Origin: Treponemataceae bacterium
GTDB lineage: Bacteria > Spirochaetota > Spirochaetia > Treponematales > Rectinemataceae
Assembly (NCBI GenBank): GCA_963678065.2
Contig: CAXXVZ010000002.1
Location: 224,001 to 288,000 of the forward strand
DNA length: 64,000 nucleotides
Direction: 5' to 3'
Position 1 is the stretch's first letter, and every line of letters starts with the position of its first letter. The notes beneath the pieces are model-generated. The model saw only the letters and a program-made list of their open reading frames with translations, had not been told where the DNA came from and did no database searches. Of this stretch, positions 18,603 to 25,619 are shown piece by piece. A program made the translations under genes and the position numbers.

Positions 18603-19582
18603 AGACGGGAGACATGATAGCGCAGAGGACCGCCTTCGGCAGGGCCCTCGTCGATATAGCGGACAACTATCCCCGGATGATGGTATTCGACACCGACGTC
18701 TGCACCTCGACCCAGACGGCGGCATTCAGGCAGGCCTTCCCCGACAGGTTTTACGAGATGGGAATCGCCGAGGCGAACGCGGTCTGCGCGGCCGCCGGCA
18801 TGGCCGCATGCGGCTTCGTGCCCTGGGTATCGGCCTTCGCGGTATTTCTCGCGAAGCGGGCCCTGGACCAGATCCGGGTCTCGGTGGCACAGGCCAGGCT
18901 TCCCGTGAAACTGAACGGCGCCTACGGAGGGCTGCCCTCGGGGCGCGGCGGCGCCACGCACTCTTCCGTGGAGGATATCGCGGTCATGCGCGCGATGCCG
19001 AACATGACAGTCCTCTGCCCCGCCGACGCTGTCGAGACGATGGCCATGACGGAACTCGCCATGAGGATCCCCGGTCCGGTCTACCTGCGGACCGTCCGCT
19101 GCGAAGTGCCGGTGATATTCGATCCGGGATGGATTCCGGAAATCGGCAGAGCCGCCGAGCTCCGACCGGGAAGCGATGTCGCGATCATCTCGGAGGGCAT
19201 GATGACGCAGGTCGCGCTTGAGGCCGCGTCGATCCTCGCGGGGCGGGGAGTCCGCGCGCGGGTCCTCCATTTCGGCACCATCAAGCCCTTCGACGAGGAA
19301 GCCACTGTAGCCGCGGCGCGCGAATGCGGCGCGATCCTCACGCTCGAAAACCACTCGGTCATAGGCGGACTCGGCGGGGCGGTGTGCGAAACGGTGGCTG
19401 CGCGCGCGCCGTGCCGCGTGAGGCGGATCGGTTTCCCCGATGTGTTCATGGAGTCGGGGGACGACGCGGCCATCTTCGAAGGATTCGGAATGAATGCGCA
19501 AGGAGTCGCGGCAGAGGCCCTGAGACTCCTGGCCGACATGCGCCCCGGATACAGGGCAGTGGGCCTGAAGGAGGCACGATGA
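18599..19582 (+). CDS. Transketolase, pyrimidine-binding/C-terminal subunit
   Basis: Motifs MGIAEAN, GATHSSVED, GPVYLR, IKPFD and ENHSVIGGLG. Confidence 0.92.
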   Translation: MKTGDMIAQRTAFGRALVDIADNYPRMMVFDTDVCTSTQTAAFRQAFPDRFYEMGIAEANAVCAAAGMAACGFVPWVSAFAVFLAKRALDQIRVSVAQARLPVKLNGAYGGLPSGRGGATHSSVEDIAVMRAMPNMTVLCPADAVETMAMTELAMRIPGPVYLRTVRCEVPVIFDPGWIPEIGRAAELRPGSDVAIISEGMMTQVALEAASILAGRGVRARVLHFGTIKPFDEEATVAAARECGAILTLENHSVIGGLGGAVCETVAARAPCRVRRIGFPDVFMESGDDAAIFEGFGMNAQGVAAEALRLLADMRPGYRAVGLKEAR

Positions 19583-20208
19583 AGATTGCCATCATCAATG
19601 AGACAAGCGCCGCGGATCGGAACGACGACATCCTGCGCGCGCTCGGGGGCCGCAGACACGAACTCATCAATTGCGGCATGAAAAAGAGCGGAGAGCAGCC
19701 GGAACTCACCTACATTCACACAGGCTTCCTCGCGGCCCTGATTCTCGCCGCGGGCAAAGCGGATTTCGTCGTAGGGGGCTGCGGGACAGGCCAGGGATTC
19801 ATAAACTCGGTGCTCCAGTACCCCGGTGTGACCTGCGGGCACATCCAGAGCCCGCTCGATGCCTTCCTGTTCGCGAGGATCAACGGGGGAAACTGTGTCA
19901 GCCTCGCGCTCAACCAGGGTTACGGCTGGGCGGGGGACGTCAATCTGCGTCTGCTGTTCGACCAGCTTTTCACTCCGGAGTGGAGCTCAGGTTACCCCGA
20001 ACACCGGCGGGAATCCCAGGCGCGTTCGCGCTCGCTTCTCCGCGACATTTCCGGCGCCACGCACCGGACGATGGCGGAGATACTCGGCGCGCTCCCGGAC
20101 GGGATTGTCCGTCCCGCCCTCAGGTATCCCGGAATAGAAGAACTTCTTCTCTCGCAACCCTGCGCGGACGGAAAGCTCGACGAAGCGATACGCGGGAGCT
20201 ACGCATGA
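19579..20208 (+). CDS. RpiB/LacA/LacB family sugar isomerase, DhuI-like subgroup
   Basis: Motifs MKIAIINE, LTYIHTG, DFVVGGCGTGQG, INGGN and GYGWAG; C-terminal GYPEHR extension. Confidence 0.8.
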   Translation: MKIAIINETSAADRNDDILRALGGRRHELINCGMKKSGEQPELTYIHTGFLAALILAAGKADFVVGGCGTGQGFINSVLQYPGVTCGHIQSPLDAFLFARINGGNCVSLALNQGYGWAGDVNLRLLFDQLFTPEWSSGYPEHRRESQARSRSLLRDISGATHRTMAEILGALPDGIVRPALRYPGIEELLLSQPCADGKLDEAIRGSYA

Positions 20209-22127
20209 ACGGGATCCCATCCTCCGCGGCGAGGACCGCGCGCGCCAAGGCAATCGCATCGGCGGGGGGCATAGAAGCCGCGCTTTCTTCGGGTGGACTT
20301 CCCGCATTTCAGGACGTATCGCTCTCCGAGGCACTCGTCCTGGGGCTCCTGCGCCAGAGAGTGAGGACCTACATCGGCGTCTTCGGACACGGGACGACCG
20401 AACTTGGCGAAGCCCTCCGGGTCTACGAGTCGGAAGGGCTCGTGAAGGTCGTCAATGTCAGAAGCGAAATCGAGGCCTCGCACATCGCCACCGCCCTGCG
20501 CTGGCACTACGGGGAAGCCGCGGCGGTGTTCACGTCCATAGGGCCGGGCGCGCTCCAGGCCATGTCGGCCTCTCTCGTGCCCCTTTCGAACGGCATCGGC
20601 GTCTATTACCTCCTTGGGGGCGAGACCACACAGGACGAGGGCTACAACATGCAGCAGATTCCCCGGCCGGAGCAGGGGCTTTTCCCGAGACTCTTCGGCA
20701 CGATGGGGACCGCCTACGAGCTGCACACCGGCGAGGCGCTGCCGGCTGCGCTCCGGCGAGGGGCGGCGTCCGTCTTCAGTCCGCTCCAGCCGGGTCCCTG
20801 CTATCTCATTCTTCCCATGAACGTTCAAGCATCTGTCATGCGGGATTTCAACATCGCCGAGCTTCCCCGCAAGCCTGAATATCCGCCCCTCGCCCCGGCA
20901 GTGAACACCCTCTTCGAACAAGCCGTCGAACAGATCCGCGCAAAGGAAAGAATAACCGTGAAGACCGGACACGGGGCGATCTGGCTCGACCGGGACACGC
21001 TCGCTGAACTCCTCGAACGGAGCGACGCCGTCTACGTCCACGGTCCTTCGGCTGTCGGCATCCTGCCCGGAGATCATCCCCGGAACATGACGGTGGGAGG
21101 ATCCAAGGGCTCGGTCGCCGGGAACGCGGCCATGGCGGAGGCGGAGCTCGCCATCACCATCGGCGCAAGGGCCGTCTGCCAGTGGGATTCCTCGGGGACG
21201 GCGTGGAAGAGCACGAAGGCGGTGATCGCCATAAACAGCCGTCACGAGGATGCCTCCCACTACAACGGAAGCCTCTGCCTCGTGGGCGACGCGCAACAGG
21301 TCACGGCGCGGCTTGTCGAAGCGTTGAGGGCAGCCGGGGTGGACAAGGGCGGCTGGGCGGAAACCTCGGCCGGGAAAGAGCCGGTCAGGTCAGCCTGGTT
21401 CCTGGTCAACAGCCGCAGGAGAGAGGCGCTGGACAGCTTCCTCGCCGGACGCGTGTCGACGCCTCCCCTGCCCGATCCCAAGTTCGGCGTCGAACTCCTG
21501 ACCCAACCGGCGGCCATCGGAATCGCGATCGATTTTGCGCACGCAAAGGGAGCGGTCAAATACTTCGACGCGGGCGACGTGCAGGCGAACGGCTTCCAGC
21601 TGACCGAAGACGACTCGCCCGGGATGACGATTACCGATACGGGAGCTTCCTACATGGGATTCGCGTCCTGCGGCATACTCGCCTCGGCCCTCGTCGAGGT
21701 CCCGGATTACCCGATCGCTTTCACGGGCGACGGAAGTTTCACGATGAATCCGCAAGTCCTCATCGACGCGGCAGCCCTGGACCTGCACGGCATGATCATC
21801 CTGTTCGACAACCGGAGGATGGCCGCGATTTCGGGCTTGCAGCAGGTCCAGTATGGCGTCGACTTCAGGACGGACGACACGGTGTCCGTGGACTATGCGA
21901 GGCTCGCCTCCTGCGTCGCGGGAGTCAGGGGCTTCGACGGCGGACACAGCGCAGGGGAGTTTGCCGCAGCGCTCGAAGCAGCCTTTGAATACCCCGGCCT
22001 CTCGCTCGTCCACGTACCTGTCTATTCAGGGCCCGACGAGCGCGGCGGACTCGGGGCGTACGGAGACTGGAATGTCGGCTGCTGGTGCGAGAGAGTGCAG
22101 AAAGAAAAGCACCGGATCGGATTGTGA
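20205..22127 (+). CDS. ThDP-dependent enzyme, divergent IolD-like
   Basis: Motifs VFGHG, RSEIEASH and TSIGPGA; ThDP motif GDGSF...DN. Confidence 0.75.
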   Translation: MNGIPSSAARTARAKAIASAGGIEAALSSGGLPAFQDVSLSEALVLGLLRQRVRTYIGVFGHGTTELGEALRVYESEGLVKVVNVRSEIEASHIATALRWHYGEAAAVFTSIGPGALQAMSASLVPLSNGIGVYYLLGGETTQDEGYNMQQIPRPEQGLFPRLFGTMGTAYELHTGEALPAALRRGAASVFSPLQPGPCYLILPMNVQASVMRDFNIAELPRKPEYPPLAPAVNTLFEQAVEQIRAKERITVKTGHGAIWLDRDTLAELLERSDAVYVHGPSAVGILPGDHPRNMTVGGSKGSVAGNAAMAEAELAITIGARAVCQWDSSGTAWKSTKAVIAINSRHEDASHYNGSLCLVGDAQQVTARLVEALRAAGVDKGGWAETSAGKEPVRSAWFLVNSRRREALDSFLAGRVSTPPLPDPKFGVELLTQPAAIGIAIDFAHAKGAVKYFDAGDVQANGFQLTEDDSPGMTITDTGASYMGFASCGILASALVEVPDYPIAFTGDGSFTMNPQVLIDAAALDLHGMIILFDNRRMAAISGLQQVQYGVDFRTDDTVSVDYARLASCVAGVRGFDGGHSAGEFAAALEAAFEYPGLSLVHVPVYSGPDERGGLGAYGDWNVGCWCERVQKEKHRIGL

Positions 22128-22184
22128 ACGCAGACTGTGGGCATTGATCGTGAAAGTTGATTGTGAACGCCGACTGAGGATACT
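22120..22184 (+). repeat. Degenerate tandem array of five 13-nt units in the intergenic region
   Basis: GATTGTGAACGCA/GACTGTGGGCATT/GATCGTGAAAGTT/GATTGTGAACGCC/GACTGAGGATACT. Confidence 0.6.
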
Positions 22185-22247
22185 GCCTTTGAGCAGCGAC
22201 ATCGCGCCGCGCTTGGCCAGTGACCGCAGTGCGGCGCAGGGAGAAAC

Positions 22248-23792
22248 ATGATGACGGGACAAGGACCGAAAAAACTGGGTTATTACGTGAACGGCGGCTG
22301 GAAGGAATCCCTGACAGCCACATACATGGAATGCTTCGACCCATCGGAAGGAGAGGTGATCGCGCTCGCGCCGCAGTGCACGGCGAATGAAGTGGAGGAA
22401 GCCATCGAAGCGGCGAAGAATGCCTTCCTGTCCTGGTCTTCGCTGCCCGCGACGCGGCGCGTCCAGGTGCTCTTCAGGATGAAATCCCTCATGGACAGCC
22501 ATCTGGACGAACTCAGCTCCCTCACGGCGCGGGAACACGGCAAGGTCTGGGACGAGGCGATGGGCGATGTGCTCAAGGCGACCGAGGTCATCGAGTTCGC
22601 CTGCGGCATTCCCCAGCTCATGAAGGGCACGGCCCTCATGGACTGCAGTCCCGGGTACGACACGGTGCAGTGCATGGAGCCGCTGGGCGTATTCGCCGGG
22701 ATCGTACCCTGGAATTTCCCGGCCATGATCCCCATGGGCTGGATGGCGCCTCTGTGCATAGCGACCGGCAACACCATGGTGCTGAAGGCAGCGAGCTTCA
22801 CGCCGCAGACCTCGATGCGCATCATGGAACTCTGGACCGAGGCGGGCCTGCCTCCGGGCGTCCTCAACCTCGTCACCTGCTCGCGCAGAGAGGCGGAGAT
22901 TTTCCTCAGGCATCCCGGCATAAAAGGGGTGAGCTTCGTGGGATCTACGGAGGTCGGCCGACACATCTACGAGACGGCCGCCGCCAACGGAAAACGGGTA
23001 CAGTGCCTCACTGAAGCCAAAAACCACGCACTCGTCCTCGCGGACGCGGCGCTCGAACGGACCGCGGGTGGAATCATCAATTCAGCCTGCGGATGCGCGG
23101 GCGAGCGCTGCATGGCGCTGCCCGTCATCGTGGCCGAAGAGGAGATCGCAGACAGACTTGTGGCTCTCCTGGTCCGAAAGATGGCGGAACTGAAAATCGG
23201 CCCCGCGAATGACAAATCGAGCCGGCTCGGACCGCTCGTGAACGACGCGCACAGGCAAAGCGTCGTGGCCTGGATTGAAAGAGGGCTCGCTGAGGGCGCC
23301 ACACTCGTGCTCGACGGGCGCGGAGTCGTCGTTCCCGGCCATGAGAGGGGATTCTACCTCGGCCCTACGCTATTCGATGACGTACAGCCCGGCATGAGCA
23401 TCGGCGATCGGGAAATCTTCGGACCTGTCGCCTGCGTGAAGCGGGTGAAGGATTTCGAGGAAGGGCTTGCGGTCATGAACGCGAACGAGTTTGCCAATGG
23501 CTCCGTCATCTACACCCAAAGCGGCCACCATGCGAGGGAGTTCGTGCGCCGGACCCACGGAGGCATGGTGGGAGTGAATGTCGGAATCCCCGTGCCGCTC
23601 GGAATTTTCGGCTTCACCGGACACAAGAATTCTTTTTTCGGCGACCTGCACGCCATGGGCACGGACGGAGTGCGGTTTTTCACGGAACTCAAGAATGTCA
23701 CGACGCACTGGTTCTCCGAAGAGGAAGCCCGCGAGGGGCATGTGGCAAACAGCTGGGACGGCACGATCGTCATGCCGGCGCAAAAACTATAA
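22248..23792 (+). CDS. mmsA: CoA-acylating (methyl)malonate-semialdehyde dehydrogenase
   Basis: Motifs PWNFPAMIP, SFVGST, GKRVQ, AKNH, GCAGERCMA, EIFGP and VGVNVGIPVP. Confidence 0.9.
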   Translation: MMTGQGPKKLGYYVNGGWKESLTATYMECFDPSEGEVIALAPQCTANEVEEAIEAAKNAFLSWSSLPATRRVQVLFRMKSLMDSHLDELSSLTAREHGKVWDEAMGDVLKATEVIEFACGIPQLMKGTALMDCSPGYDTVQCMEPLGVFAGIVPWNFPAMIPMGWMAPLCIATGNTMVLKAASFTPQTSMRIMELWTEAGLPPGVLNLVTCSRREAEIFLRHPGIKGVSFVGSTEVGRHIYETAAANGKRVQCLTEAKNHALVLADAALERTAGGIINSACGCAGERCMALPVIVAEEEIADRLVALLVRKMAELKIGPANDKSSRLGPLVNDAHRQSVVAWIERGLAEGATLVLDGRGVVVPGHERGFYLGPTLFDDVQPGMSIGDREIFGPVACVKRVKDFEEGLAVMNANEFANGSVIYTQSGHHAREFVRRTHGGMVGVNVGIPVPLGIFGFTGHKNSFFGDLHAMGTDGVRFFTELKNVTTHWFSEEEAREGHVANSWDGTIVMPAQKL

Positions 23793-23799
23793 AAAGAAC

Positions 23800-23845
23800 T
23801 TGACAGTTTCGGAAGTCTGGTCAATACTTACTTTAACGTTAATGT
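23800..23845 (+). promoter_or_regulatory. Sigma70 promoter with LacI-type operator
   Basis: TTGACA-N17-AATACT followed by the near-perfect CG-centred palindrome ACTTTAACGTTAATGT (23830-23845). Confidence 0.6.
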
Positions 23846-23876
23846 GACAATCCATTACAACTATGGAGATCACGCT

Positions 23877-24965
23877 ATGGAAACCGTAAGGATAGGAATT
23901 ATCGGATGCGGACGCATATCAGATCTCCACGCGGCGGGTTACCTGTCGAATCCTCGCGCAAAAATCGTGGCTGTCTGCGACGCGGACCAGGCCAAGGCGG
24001 AGGCCAAGGCCCGGGAGTGGGGCGCCGGGACCTCATATTCCGATTACCGCGCTTTGCTCGATGACCAGAGCGTGGATGCCGTCGAAATCATCACTCCTCA
24101 GCGACTCCATGAAGCAATAGTCCTCGATGCCTTGGCAGCGGGGAAACATGTCAGCGTGCAGAAACCGATGACCACCGACATGGACAGTGCCGACCGGATG
24201 GTCGCCGCGGCGGACGCGGCCGAAGGACAGGTCGCGAAACTTTTTGAAAACTATGTCTTCTACCCTCCATTAGTCTTGATGAAACACATTATCGATGAAG
24301 GAGCAATTGGCGAACCGACGAGCATGCGGATCAAATTCATTTCCGGCGTGCGCGGAGGCTGGGATGTTCCGGATTCGGCGTGGAATTGGCGCAAAGACGA
24401 GCATCGGCGCGGCTACGGGATGCAGACCTTCGACCATGGCCACCACATGTGGTCGGTCGCGTGGTTCCTCATGGGCGAAGTGGAGCGCGTCCTCGCCTGG
24501 ATCGACTCGGTGGACGGAGTCATAGACTGCCCGGCCGAGATCATCTGGAAGTATTCGGGGGCACCGAAGTATGGCTCCTGCGATTACTCCCACGGAACCG
24601 AACTTACAATTCCCTCCCGCTATTATGCGAACGACGAGTGGTTTGAGGTCACCGGCAGCAAAGGCATTGTGTCGGTGTCGCGCTGCACCGGGAATGTCCA
24701 AGAGGGTGCACCCCTGCGCCTGTTCGCAGACGGACGCTGGACCGAATACCCGGATGTCGCCTCGGACTGGGCAGAAGGATTCAAGGGAGCGACGGCCAAT
24801 TTTGTCTCCGCAGTCCTGGGTGAAGAAACACCACTGCTCAGCGTCAAACAAGGCCGCGAAATACTCCGGATGGATCTTGCAGTTCAGGAATCTGCGCGAA
24901 TGCACCGCGAAATCGTGCTCGCCGAATTCCGAGGCTCACCAGCGACGGTGCAAGAACCGCAATAA
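23877..24965 (+). CDS. Gfo/Idh/MocA family oxidoreductase
   Basis: Motifs GCGRIS, ITPQRLH, VQKP (variant of EKP) and FDHGHH; GGAG SD. Confidence 0.88.
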   Translation: METVRIGIIGCGRISDLHAAGYLSNPRAKIVAVCDADQAKAEAKAREWGAGTSYSDYRALLDDQSVDAVEIITPQRLHEAIVLDALAAGKHVSVQKPMTTDMDSADRMVAAADAAEGQVAKLFENYVFYPPLVLMKHIIDEGAIGEPTSMRIKFISGVRGGWDVPDSAWNWRKDEHRRGYGMQTFDHGHHMWSVAWFLMGEVERVLAWIDSVDGVIDCPAEIIWKYSGAPKYGSCDYSHGTELTIPSRYYANDEWFEVTGSKGIVSVSRCTGNVQEGAPLRLFADGRWTEYPDVASDWAEGFKGATANFVSAVLGEETPLLSVKQGREILRMDLAVQESARMHREIVLAEFRGSPATVQEPQ

Positions 24966-25037
24966 AAGAAGAGACTGCGCTAAGGATGAGGAGGCAAAGT
25001 CAAGTGATCGACCTCGCCTTTTGCGCGGAAATATTTG

Positions 25038-25100
25038 TTGACAGGCAGAAAAGGTGGTGGTAAGATCGAAATTGGTAAGACAACCTTACCAATTTCGATC
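25038..25100 (+). promoter_or_regulatory. Sigma70 promoter with perfect palindromic FadR/GntR-type operator
   Basis: TTGACA-N17-TAAGAT; GATCGAAATTGGTAAG-ACAAC-CTTACCAATTTCGATC (25064-25100). Confidence 0.75.
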
Positions 25101-25134
25101 CCCGAGTTCCAATTCAGTGGTAGGAGGCTGCAGA

Positions 25135-25569
25135 ATGTTCCTGCTAGCGGATGAACACTCTGAATTCGACAATATCCTATGGGATTCAATCGCCGCCAAA
25201 GCAAAAAATGGTGAATTGGCTGTGGCGGACCTTTCGGATTGCTTCAAAGTGCTCTGCGCAGGGTGCAACCACATCGATGAGCTGCGCTTCGAACTCAGAA
25301 GTTACTCCGGCTCTTACCAATTCGTTTTCGATGGGGAACGCTATGCCCTGGTTTTCCGCTCCGGCGCCTGCTCGGCCTTCTCCGGCGATGTCGAACAGCC
25401 GGATATCACGGTGTGGATGGGTCTCGATGTTGCGCGCGACCTCCTTATGGGTAATGTCAATTCCGGCGCGGCCCACATGAACGGTGACATACGATACAAA
25501 GGCACCAAGAATGGTGCGATAACGCTCCAGTCGGTATTTGAACTCTTCCTCGACGAACTCAGCGCTTGA
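25135..25569 (+). CDS. SCP2 sterol-binding domain protein
   Basis: C-terminal YQFVFDG...PDITV...LLMGNVNSGAAHMNGDIRYKG fits the SCP2 pattern; AGGAGG SD. Confidence 0.7.
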   Translation: MFLLADEHSEFDNILWDSIAAKAKNGELAVADLSDCFKVLCAGCNHIDELRFELRSYSGSYQFVFDGERYALVFRSGACSAFSGDVEQPDITVWMGLDVARDLLMGNVNSGAAHMNGDIRYKGTKNGAITLQSVFELFLDELSA

Positions 25570-25619
25570 GCGCCGCGGGCGCTATCCGCGATGCAATTCT
25601 CGCAAGGACGGGCAGAACG

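Noticed and set aside
19324..20204. Long N-terminal extensions of the RpiB-like (19324) and IolD-like (19671) ORFs
   Set aside because: They overlap upstream genes in another frame; coupled ATGA starts at 19579 and 20205 fit better.
22120..22184. Possible mini-CRISPR
   Set aside because: The units are short and degenerate, with no unique spacers and no cas genes.
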